From the IMG/VR virus record IMGVR_UViG_3300033463_000008: a stretch of DNA of 64,000 nt; one strand, given 5' to 3'. This DNA comes from a virus (taxonomy: Duplodnaviria > Caudoviricetes). Positions within the stretch are counted from its first letter, which is position 1; the number at the start of each line of letters is the position of its first letter. The notes below the pieces were generated by a model. The model saw only the letters and a list, made by a program, of their open reading frames with translations, was not told the origin of the DNA and made no database searches. Below, piece after piece: positions 56,056 to 64,000 of the stretch. The translations under genes were made by a program, and so were the position numbers.

Positions 56056-56235
56056 GCCATCAAAGTCCTTCTTCACCTTTGCAAACATTCTATTGAGGCC
56101 AGCATCGTCGTAGAACATGTTGGCCGCAATTTCATTGGCGGCATCCCCGGTCTTGAAACCGGCATCGACAATCCTTTTGGCGGTAGCCTCGTCTACGCCG
56201 AAAAGGTCCATTATCTCATTCAGGTTCGCACTCAT
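56026..56235 (-). CDS. Small helix-hairpin-helix-like protein
   Basis: LFGVDEATAKRIVDAGF; coupled to gp62. Confidence 0.5.
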   Translation of the reverse strand: MSANLNEIMDLFGVDEATAKRIVDAGFKTGDAANEIAANMFYDDAGLNRMFAKVKKDFDGLKAEEGLKD

Positions 56236-56702
56236 TTCAAATTTGCCGCCTTCTTGATATTGCGATTGATTTGCCGTTCTTCACCCTGCATTCGGGCAAT
56301 CATCTTCTCGGGCTCGTACTTCCGCATGTAGGCCTCCTCGATTTCATCCTTGTCCACATAGCCATAGCGGATTGCAGCCTTGACACAGTTCCTTGACATG
56401 CCGGTAATCTTCATCATATGATCAATGAATTCGTCCTTTTCGCGGACAACGGTAGTCTTGGCGCGAGTCCACCTGAGATTCAGGTTCGCCCCGTTGAACG
56501 CATTGAACGCACGCGCCTGCAAGTCCTTCGGGAGCTTCTGGAACTGCAGGTCGTTCAATACCTCCACACACCTCCGCAGGTTCGGATTCATCGACAGGTA
56601 CCGGCAGGCAGTAAACATCTGGAACTCGTTACAGTCGGCTTCAGAAACCGGCTGCCCCGCCTGTCGCTCATCCACAAACCGGAATGGATCGAAATTGCTC
56701 AT
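56232..56702 (-). CDS. gp62: Clamp loader small subunit, gp62-like
   Basis: Directly after gp44; F...RYLSM......V..LN.......Q....F........W.......S...A..Y pattern. Confidence 0.7.
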   Translation of the reverse strand: MSNFDPFRFVDERQAGQPVSEADCNEFQMFTACRYLSMNPNLRRCVEVLNDLQFQKLPKDLQARAFNAFNGANLNLRWTRAKTTVVREKDEFIDHMMKITGMSRNCVKAAIRYGYVDKDEIEEAYMRKYEPEKMIARMQGEERQINRNIKKAANLK

Positions 56703-57814
56703 TACACCCCCTGAGCCGACTGTACCTGTTCACCGACCGCATTCGTATTGTTCGGTGCATAAATCGGCTCGCTCGGCAACGGTGCAGCCGGAATCTGGAA
56801 TGCGTTGAATATGTCAATCAAGTCGGCAAAATAGCCCATGAGCATGGTTTCCTGGTCAACCAGTCCCTGTGCATGGACAAGGCCGTCACGGACGACCTTT
56901 GTCATTGCCAGGTCCATCTGGGGAGGAAGACGGTCCATGAGGTATCGTGTCAATGGGATATACACGTTCATCGGGTCATCCACGTTCATCGAAATATAAT
57001 ACCGCAATCCGCGCAAGTCGCGTAAAATCAAAAACTTCGCGATAGCCTCGACCGTCTGGTCAGTAATCACATGCGGATGCCCGATAATGTTACCTTCATT
57101 TTCGTCGAAGGTATTCTTCATGACATTTATCATGTTGCGGATATCCGGGTAGCATGCTTCGATGATTTCCTTGATGGTATCCTTCTCCACCTTGCCACCA
57201 TGCGGCTTTGTTTCCTCGTCCGCAATGTATTTCAGCCTCCGATAAATAAGATTCTTAAAATCCTTGTCATCAACCGGGTGGTTGAACTTCACCGGGGTGC
57301 ATCTTGACTGGACAGGTTTCGGGATGCGCCACAGGTCATTGCAGGTAAGGATAAACCTGAGGTTCGAGGAATTCGCTTCAATCTCATGCTGGATATTGCG
57401 CCAGAAGTCTTCCGGGTTATTCGGATGGTCGCATTCATCAAGCACGAAGAAGAACGGCTTGCCGTTGCTTTTCAAGACGGAATACCGGTCAATCAGTTCA
57501 AGGATTTCACTTGATTTCTTTGGCGACACCTCGACACACTTGGCGCCGAGAATGCCCGGAATCGCCAATGCAAGGGAAGTCTTTCCCGTGCCAGGGCCAG
57601 AATAGAAGATGTAGTTGCCAAGGCCGGTATTGGAAATCGCGGTCTTGATCATAGTCTTCAACTTATTGGGCAAAACAATCAGCTTGCTGATGTCAGTCCC
57701 GTCAATCTGGGTACCCTGGTACTTCTTGGTCCAGTATCTGTCATCAATCGTACTGGCGGCAGTTGCAGTTTCCCTGTCAAGCCCGACGCCCGAAATCATG
57801 TCTAATGCGGCCAT
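56702..57814 (-). CDS. gp44: Clamp loader ATPase subunit, gp44/RFC-like
   Basis: WTKKY, GPGTGKTS, LDECD, RFILTCN, PVQSRC, YPDIRNMIN; GAGG RBS before ATG 57814. Confidence 0.93.
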   Translation of the reverse strand: MAALDMISGVGLDRETATAASTIDDRYWTKKYQGTQIDGTDISKLIVLPNKLKTMIKTAISNTGLGNYIFYSGPGTGKTSLALAIPGILGAKCVEVSPKKSSEILELIDRYSVLKSNGKPFFFVLDECDHPNNPEDFWRNIQHEIEANSSNLRFILTCNDLWRIPKPVQSRCTPVKFNHPVDDKDFKNLIYRRLKYIADEETKPHGGKVEKDTIKEIIEACYPDIRNMINVMKNTFDENEGNIIGHPHVITDQTVEAIAKFLILRDLRGLRYYISMNVDDPMNVYIPLTRYLMDRLPPQMDLAMTKVVRDGLVHAQGLVDQETMLMGYFADLIDIFNAFQIPAAPLPSEPIYAPNNTNAVGEQVQSAQGV

Positions 57815-57857
57815 ATTGAAACCTCTTTGAAACAAATATAGCAATAAACTGTCCGGT

Positions 57858-58196
57858 ATGGACAGGTATCTAGCTTTTATCGACCGTTTTCGCGACCAGG
57901 ACCCCGTAGTATGCGAGGCCGTAGCCAAATTATGGACAGCAATAATGGAAGCATCGGCAACCGATGTAAATCCAACCATGCATGCCCCGATGCCAGGTCA
58001 GTGCACCCAGGGCATCATCCCCAACCAGACTACAGGATCCAAGGACCCGTTCATCCAGGGCTTAATCAACCGTTCATACGCCAGCCGCTTTGGGCGGGGC
58101 GCCGGATTCAGCATGCCGGGCCGCACCACCCTCGGCATCATGGGTGGTGGCAATGACAAGCCGGGTGCCGTATCCGCCACCGAATCCAATAGCTAG
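57858..58196 (+). CDS. Small protein with shared leader
   Basis: RYLAFIDRFRDQDPVVCEAVAKLWTAIMEA; AATAAACT 7 nt upstream. Confidence 0.65.
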   Translation: MDRYLAFIDRFRDQDPVVCEAVAKLWTAIMEASATDVNPTMHAPMPGQCTQGIIPNQTTGSKDPFIQGLINRSYASRFGRGAGFSMPGRTTLGIMGGGNDKPGAVSATESNS

Positions 58197-59329
58197 GATG
58201 CCGCGAAGATTCTGAATGAATCCTTGCCGAAATACTTCCGTACAACACCCATCACATACTTGTACGTGATGTCCGATGTCGCAGGCTCGTCATCAATCAT
58301 GCCATAGCGGGTATAGGTTCCGGGTGACGTAAAGCGCATGATGTCTTGCTGTTTCAAGATCATGCAGAGCATGTTCTTGGTGCGGTTGAACTGCTCCTCG
58401 GTGATGTACTTTTCCGGGGCACTCAACACCTTCTTCATGACACTGATTACCTTCGGCACCTTCTTGGCCGTAGCGCTCGTGAAGAAAATCGGAATTGCGA
58501 CAGTACGGAACGACTCGACACTGACCCCACATGAATACACAAGATGGTTCTTGACGCGCAATTCGTCATACAATGCGCTATCGGAATCACCGCCAAGGAT
58601 GCGGCAGGCAATATTGAGTGCAGCATATTCCTTGTTAGTCGTTACCGGCTTTGTACCGAAGGCGGAAATCCCGACATACTCAGCATCTTCGTCAATGGCG
58701 ATGTCAGAACGCTTTGCCTTGACTTTAGGTTCCAGCTTCAATTTCGGGTACTTTCCGATGTCATACTTTCCTACCTCATATTTTGCCAGGTCGGGGATGT
58801 CAAGAGTGCGCGGACCGACATACACAATGTCGCTCGGATGTGGCACGTACGTGTCATAATCCTTCTTGAACTGTTCAAAGGTATATGCTTCGACATCTTC
58901 AATGCAACCCTCGGGTGGATAGATACCGTAAACCTTTTTCAACCCGTCAGTGAGCATCACGTTGTTGAAATCGGAACCAAGTTCAGCAATCTCGTTGAAA
59001 ACGGCATCGCGCTCCATCTCAAAATCGTTCTTCGCAATTTTCCTGGACGAAGCCTCGATGACCTGCTTAAGAATCTTAGGTACAAACTTCTCCATCGCTT
59101 CGGCAGTGCCGGAGAATGAAGCGATGACATGTTCATGGCTGGTCATCATGTCGTCGCTGATTGCATATTCATGCAATTCCGGAAGAATCGGGTCAAACGT
59201 CACCCCAATCATATGTTCAATAAGGTGGCAGATGCCGCGACGGCCCTTCTTTTCATCCAACGGACTAAGGTTGTTGTAGACGATGTTGAGCGATGCCATT
59301 TCCAATTTGTTGATTTCTTGTTGTACCAT
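58193..59329 (-). CDS. M16-family (inverzincin) zinc peptidase
   Basis: GICHLIEHM (HxxEH), ERDAVFNE, ILGG..S.LY.ELR...LVY. Confidence 0.88.
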   Translation of the reverse strand: MVQQEINKLEMASLNIVYNNLSPLDEKKGRRGICHLIEHMIGVTFDPILPELHEYAISDDMMTSHEHVIASFSGTAEAMEKFVPKILKQVIEASSRKIAKNDFEMERDAVFNEIAELGSDFNNVMLTDGLKKVYGIYPPEGCIEDVEAYTFEQFKKDYDTYVPHPSDIVYVGPRTLDIPDLAKYEVGKYDIGKYPKLKLEPKVKAKRSDIAIDEDAEYVGISAFGTKPVTTNKEYAALNIACRILGGDSDSALYDELRVKNHLVYSCGVSVESFRTVAIPIFFTSATAKKVPKVISVMKKVLSAPEKYITEEQFNRTKNMLCMILKQQDIMRFTSPGTYTRYGMIDDEPATSDITYKYVMGVVRKYFGKDSFRIFAAS

Positions 59330-59366
59330 TTTTAATTATATCCTTTCTGCTATGCCCAAAATGTAG

Positions 59367-59401
59367 CAAAACGGCCACCCGGTGTCAACCAGGTGGCCGT
59401 T
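59367..59401 (-). terminator. Terminator after gp46
   Basis: AACGGCCACC...GGTGGCCGTT stem followed by T tract on the - strand. Confidence 0.7.
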
Positions 59402-59420
59402 CCACTCCAATCCAACCGAT

Positions 59421-61847
59421 TCACACGGCGGTTACTTCCCCGATGTGGGAATAGGTACCGTCATATTCGACCATGATCTTATGGTCAAACTTGTCGGCAA
59501 CCACCTCTCCACGGTGAGTAATGACCACGACACACCCGATGTCATCGACCATCGAGCGGACAATGTCGAGCATTTCCCTCATGGCATAGTTGTCAGTCGA
59601 AATGTCAAGCACTTCGTCAAGACTCATGAAGTTGATGCTAAAATTGCCAACCAGGGACACGAAGTCACGGAAGGCCATCGCGATTGCGAATCCAACCTTG
59701 CGCTGCTGACCCTGTGACAGCATGGTGTACGACGGGGCGTATCCAGGGGCACTGATGAACTTGAAGTTCATAGTGTCATCGAACTCTATGACGAACGGGA
59801 GGTTCGCCTTGAGCAGGTTCTTGCGGACCACCTCGTTAAAGTGGTCAATGTACAGGCCATAAATCATCTTCTTCATGCCGCCATCGGAAAGCATTGTGGT
59901 GATGTAATTACATGCCGCGATGGTCTTGCTTGCACTATGCCAGCGTTCAGTCGCCTGTTCAAGGTCACGCTCGGCATCGGCGAGACGCTTGTTGGTCATG
60001 GCCAACGCATCTTCACTGGTAGCTTCCCTGATGCGCTTGATTTCGCCCTCGATACGGGCAATTTCCGCTTCCATCTGGGTAATGGAACCGCTGATAGAAG
60101 AATACTCGCCATTCTTGGCAGAGTAGGCATCGTATGCGGTCTGCCATTCGGTACGGACACCCGCGATACGTTCCTTTTCCCGCGTCAGGCGGGCTTCTTC
60201 GGCAACAAATTCATCGACATTTACACCGGCTCCGGCAATAACCTGTTCACAACAGGAAATGTTGCGTTCCAGCTGTTTAACCTTGGTCTCGGCAGGGACA
60301 ATCGTTCTATTGTAGATGGCGGTGAACCCCTGAACCTCGTTATAAACGACACTCCTGTTAGCGGTGAGCGTAGCCACCTGTTGTTCAACTGACACACGGC
60401 GCTCGTGCGCGGCAGGCAATTCCTCCGCAAACTTGGCAACTTCGGCAGCCGCCTCAGCCCGACTACGTTCAAGTTCAGTAACTTTTCCTTTACATTGAAC
60501 CCAGGCATCGCGGAGACGGTTGACATCGGCGGTGATGTCATTGATAAGTTTCTGACGGATTTCGCCCTTATGCTCCTCGATGTCGGCCTCGGTAAGGGTA
60601 TGTCCGCATGTGGGACACTTGGTGCCCGCCTGCATCATGGAACCGAGGTTAATCTGTTCATCGACATGGGCAAGATCCGCCTTGCGCTTCTTGCCGTCAT
60701 CGGCAAGTTGCTTCAACTGGGCAGAGGCCTGTTGGAGTGCATAGTCCCACTTATTGACTACACCTTCAGCCTTTGCCTTGTCGGCATTGATTTCACCAAT
60801 TTCGGTCATGATGACCTGGAGACCAAAATTCAGTTCGCCAATCTGCTTGTCAATTCCTGCCAGTTCATCATTCTTCGCCTGGATTGGCAAAGCATTGTAG
60901 GAATTCATCGCAGCAGCCAATTCGGAATTCGCCGTTTCGAGATCGGCACGGAACTGCTGCAACGGCACTATCTGGGACTTTGCATTATGAATGTCCGCGA
61001 TTGCCGAGTCAATACTGGACTCGGTATCCAGCACAGCCTTCATCTCGCCAAGTTTCTTCTGCAATGACTGAAGCTCGGCAGCAAGGACACCCGCCTGACC
61101 CTTATATTGGTCGACAGTGCTGCGCTTCTCGGCAACAGTCGCTTCCATCTGGGCAATGTTGGCTTTCTTCTCCTCTTCCATGTGGGCGATGATTTTCTTG
61201 AGATCGGTTATTTCGTTCTCAATGCGGTCGCGGTCATTCCCGGCAATGTCAAAATTAGTCTTCGCAGCGGACAATTCCTTCGCATTTTCTTTCTTTATGC
61301 GGTCATTGTCACACATGATAATGGAATCGGTAATCTTGCGACGGTCGGCAGCTTCCAGGTCGATAAACGGCTGTGATTCCTGGGTATTCTGTGCAATATT
61401 GTGCTTGAACAGCACTTCATTGAAACGGAGGATATCGTCTTCAAAGTCCTTCTGGGTAAACCCGGCACGCTTATTCTGCATGACCCACTTGTCGCCCTCT
61501 TTCTTTTCGACAGAGAACTTCATGTTGTTCTTCGGATCGACGGTACGCCTGATAAAGTATTCTTCGGTGACCGTACCCTGGGTTCGTGTAAATTCAATAG
61601 TGACTTCAAGCGTCGCTTCGGTGTTCATCGTGTTACGAAGTTCTTCACGCTTTCCACCACGGTAAGACTTGCCAAAAAATGCAAAGTTGAGCGCTTCGAC
61701 GAGAGTGGACTTGCCGGAACCGTTAGCCGCACAAAGCCAGTTGAGTCCGTTCGGGAACTTGAACTCGTTCACGTCGTTGCCATAGGACATGAAATTACGG
61801 AACGTAATCCGCTTTACATTGATATGATTCTTCGAAGAATTAGCCAT
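59421..61847 (-). CDS. gp46: Recombination ATPase subunit, T4 gp46/SbcC/Rad50
   Basis: FRNFMSYG, NGSGKST, long coiled coil with CPTCG zinc hook, LSQGQ, LDEVLD, ITH. Confidence 0.95.
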   Translation of the reverse strand: MANSSKNHINVKRITFRNFMSYGNDVNEFKFPNGLNWLCAANGSGKSTLVEALNFAFFGKSYRGGKREELRNTMNTEATLEVTIEFTRTQGTVTEEYFIRRTVDPKNNMKFSVEKKEGDKWVMQNKRAGFTQKDFEDDILRFNEVLFKHNIAQNTQESQPFIDLEAADRRKITDSIIMCDNDRIKKENAKELSAAKTNFDIAGNDRDRIENEITDLKKIIAHMEEEKKANIAQMEATVAEKRSTVDQYKGQAGVLAAELQSLQKKLGEMKAVLDTESSIDSAIADIHNAKSQIVPLQQFRADLETANSELAAAMNSYNALPIQAKNDELAGIDKQIGELNFGLQVIMTEIGEINADKAKAEGVVNKWDYALQQASAQLKQLADDGKKRKADLAHVDEQINLGSMMQAGTKCPTCGHTLTEADIEEHKGEIRQKLINDITADVNRLRDAWVQCKGKVTELERSRAEAAAEVAKFAEELPAAHERRVSVEQQVATLTANRSVVYNEVQGFTAIYNRTIVPAETKVKQLERNISCCEQVIAGAGVNVDEFVAEEARLTREKERIAGVRTEWQTAYDAYSAKNGEYSSISGSITQMEAEIARIEGEIKRIREATSEDALAMTNKRLADAERDLEQATERWHSASKTIAACNYITTMLSDGGMKKMIYGLYIDHFNEVVRKNLLKANLPFVIEFDDTMNFKFISAPGYAPSYTMLSQGQQRKVGFAIAMAFRDFVSLVGNFSINFMSLDEVLDISTDNYAMREMLDIVRSMVDDIGCVVVITHRGEVVADKFDHKIMVEYDGTYSHIGEVTAV

Positions 61848-61910
61848 GACCTAAATGTAGCAAAAAGGCCCGGTTGTGGCAACCGGGCACGAAAAATAGG
61901 GCAATTAGGA

Positions 61911-62051
61911 CTACTTGGTGGGAAGGTCCTTGGACTTGCCGATTGTTTCAAGAGAATCAACGGCAACCGAGAACCCGACCAAGAGCGCACCGATGAACAT
62001 GGAACAGATGACCATCGGGAGCATTGCGAAGAACTTCAAGGCGTTACGCAT
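61911..62051 (-). CDS. Putative 46-aa membrane peptide
   Basis: MRNALKFFAMLPMVICSMFIGALLVGFSVAVDSLETIGKSKDLPTK*; start overlaps the upstream stop. Confidence 0.55.
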   Translation of the reverse strand: MRNALKFFAMLPMVICSMFIGALLVGFSVAVDSLETIGKSKDLPTK

Positions 62052-63648
62052 TTTCAGTACCCCCTTCAGACGCATGCGCGATTACCGAATCTGCGGACGC
62101 ATTTTCGATAAGGTCGCTTTCAACATCCAGCTGAAAGTCTTCGGATTCGGTAGGCGGGACGAATTCGTTAATCACGACACCGCCATCGTCTTCGGTTCCT
62201 TCCTCGACAGCCTCGACCCCGACGAGTTTCGGCTTCTTCGGCTCGTCACCCTTCTTCTTAGGCTTGCCACCCTGCTTGACGCTCTTGCGGACACTGCGTT
62301 CCTTCTCGAAATTGTCAATTACTTCCTTTTCGAGTTCGGTAAGCTTATGGGTTTCGACACTTTCATTAAACGCGGACGCAAGTTCCTCTACGCTTTCAGG
62401 CTCGCCGACTTCAAGCTTGAGACCCGGGTCGGCAGCAGTTTCTGCTTCTTCGGTCGCATTTTCACGCGGAATGTCAAGAACCGGCAACGCCTTCACCATG
62501 CGCGTATATGCGGTATGCTTGATGAGCATCGTCTTGCAGATTTCTTCTTCGGTCTTTCCTTCATCAAGAAGCTCCTGCAACCACTTGTAGGAAGTGTCGG
62601 ATGCAATAATCGCTTCGCGCTCCTTGTTGAACACGCGCTCAAGTGCTTCGACATCAATATCCTGATACTTTGCATGGAGTTCGTCGCGGATGTCTTCAAA
62701 ATACTTGCCGGCCAGAATCATCTTGCAGATGCGGGCCTTGGAAACCGGGAGTTCGCGTTCGGCAAGTTCTTCCTTGGAAATCTCGCTCGTAGTGCCATTG
62801 GAATTTTCCACGACGGCAGGCGGTTCAGGAATGATATCCTTGGCAAAAAGGTTCTCCGTATCCGGGTTCACCGGGACGCGCATGAGGAGGCTGCGGGCTT
62901 CCTGCATGGACATGTCCTGGATGTCAAAACCCTTCGGGACGGCATTGTCGGCAAAGCTCATTTCAAAACCGCTCTTGGGACAGAAGCGGTAGATGCGGGC
63001 GCGATAGCGCATCGGGAAGAATTCCTTGGAGTGGATATAATGACCAAGTTCTTCCGGAAGGAGACGGTTGCCGTTGGCATCCATCCAGCGCGACGGATTC
63101 TTCGGAGTGAGCTTGTCGGCAAGCGGCATGTCCGGGCTGGTAATCTTGAAGAAGGTAGCGCCGGTATTCGGGCACACCTCAAGTGGCGGGACATAACCTT
63201 CCGGTTCGCGACGGATGTGGGTGAAGCAGTCAATCTGCGTGCCCACGCGGCTCTTCATCGGTTCCTTGGAGGAAATGTACTTGGTGTAGAGGGTGCATGC
63301 AGTTGCGCCACGGCGGTCACATTCGCCAAACACGAAATCCTTGATGTTTCGGTAAAGCTTCGGATCGATCCAGATGAATTCATCGTCAGAAAGGCAGATT
63401 GCCCAGGACTGCTGCTTGCGGCGGGCAACGAACTTCTGGATAATGGTAGACTGGTGGGACCAGTCTTCTTCACCCGGCACGATGACCACATTCTTGTCGG
63501 CGCGGCGTTCACACACTGAATTAAGCCAGGTATGGTTGCCGTTGTTGAACACGAAGATGGTATCGAACCCGAGCGCGATATGGTAGTCGAGCCATTCGGC
63601 GAAATCAAGCTCGTTACCGTTGACCTGTACAAGACAGTGGATGTTCAT
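62044..63648 (-). CDS. GT-A (GT2/GT92-like) glycosyltransferase-like domain plus acidic C-terminal region
   Basis: EWLDYHIALGFDTIFVFNN...Q......W...LSDDEFI; GAGG RBS. Confidence 0.62.
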   Translation of the reverse strand: MNIHCLVQVNGNELDFAEWLDYHIALGFDTIFVFNNGNHTWLNSVCERRADKNVVIVPGEEDWSHQSTIIQKFVARRKQQSWAICLSDDEFIWIDPKLYRNIKDFVFGECDRRGATACTLYTKYISSKEPMKSRVGTQIDCFTHIRREPEGYVPPLEVCPNTGATFFKITSPDMPLADKLTPKNPSRWMDANGNRLLPEELGHYIHSKEFFPMRYRARIYRFCPKSGFEMSFADNAVPKGFDIQDMSMQEARSLLMRVPVNPDTENLFAKDIIPEPPAVVENSNGTTSEISKEELAERELPVSKARICKMILAGKYFEDIRDELHAKYQDIDVEALERVFNKEREAIIASDTSYKWLQELLDEGKTEEEICKTMLIKHTAYTRMVKALPVLDIPRENATEEAETAADPGLKLEVGEPESVEELASAFNESVETHKLTELEKEVIDNFEKERSVRKSVKQGGKPKKKGDEPKKPKLVGVEAVEEGTEDDGGVVINEFVPPTESEDFQLDVESDLIENASADSVIAHASEGGTENA

Positions 63649-63702
63649 AAAGAAAACCTCGTAATTATCTACGTGGTTAAACTATATCGGTTTGCTTGTT
63701 CC

Positions 63703-64000
63703 TTAGTTCAATCCAAGTTTTTCACAAAGGAAGTTATACAGCTTGACTGCACGCGGCTGTCTCTCCGGATCCAGCGCAGTTTCGGTCGAGCAAGTCGGGT
63801 GGTCACAGAAGATACCGGTCACTGTATAGGTGGCGCCGTCCTTGAATACCCTCGTGTCGATTTCCATGCAGCGCCTGCCATACTTCCGTGCAGGTCCGAT
63901 TGCAATCACCGCCTCAAAGTATTCCGCCCCGCGCCTATATACGATACGGACATTGTCGGAAACGTTGATGTTGCTTTCAAGCGCGAAATCGTTACCCGGC
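63703..64000 (-). CDS. Hypothetical protein, 5'-truncated by the window edge
   Basis: Frame of the 63703-63909 ORF stays open to the window end. Confidence 0.6.
   Translation of the reverse strand, partial: PGNDFALESNINVSDNVRIVYRRGAEYFEAVIAIGPARKYGRRCMEIDTRVFKDGATYTVTGIFCDHPTCSTETALDPERQPRAVKLYNFLCEKLGLN

Noticed and set aside
57814-57979. ORF-track 5' extensions of gp44 (similarly hsp20 to 11184, the 55039 start and the 9984 start)
   Set aside because: They overlap promoters or divergent genes; downstream ATGs have proper RBSs
61915-63519. 534-aa plus-strand ORF antisense to the 62044-63648 gene
   Set aside because: Mirror of the real minus-strand gene, which has the RBS, upstream motif and domain signal
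1-64000. Stop-codon reassignment as in some gut jumbo phages
   Set aside because: Long conserved genes (gp6, gp18, gp46) are uninterrupted, and TAA, TAG and TGA all end recognisable genes
1-64000. CRISPR array, tRNA genes, DGR, introns or inteins
   Set aside because: No regularly spaced repeats, cloverleafs, reverse transcriptase, homing endonuclease or intein motifs seen by eye; intergenic gaps are short. tRNAscan/Infernal were not run

Overview
This 64-kb window is part of a large T4-related (myovirus, probably jumbo) phage genome, with no sign of stop-codon recoding in the recognisable genes. It encodes divergent homologs of T4 virion proteins: gp6, gp13, gp14, gp15, gp18, gp19, gp21, gp22, gp3, gp4, gp5, gp26, gp53, and probable gp27, gp48, gp54, gp16, gp67 and tape measure. 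It also encodes late sigma gp55, clamp loader gp44/gp62, gp46/gp47, UvsY, PhoH, Hsp20, an M16 peptidase, several degenerate glycosyltransferase/Glf-like proteins and a TnpB-only IS200/IS605 element. Gene order is heavily shuffled relative to T4. Main observations: (1) about 11 otherwise unrelated small or medium genes, nearly all behind late-promoter-like motifs, share a ~30-45 aa N-terminal leader ending in hydrophobic-x-E|[A/G/S/T]. This looks like a capsid-targeting, prohead-protease-cleaved tag fused to varied cargo (ART-like, ferritin-like, ankyrin-like, acidic). (2) A phage late promoter TATAAACT occurs as 15 perfect copies in front of genes, several apparently giving leaderless mRNAs. 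(3) A consensus sigma-54 promoter precedes hsp20. (4) A candidate +1 frameshift (CTT TAA) lies in the chaperone gene just upstream of the tape measure. (5) Several enzyme folds recurrently lack catalytic residues. All family calls are motif recognition by eye; no searches were run.
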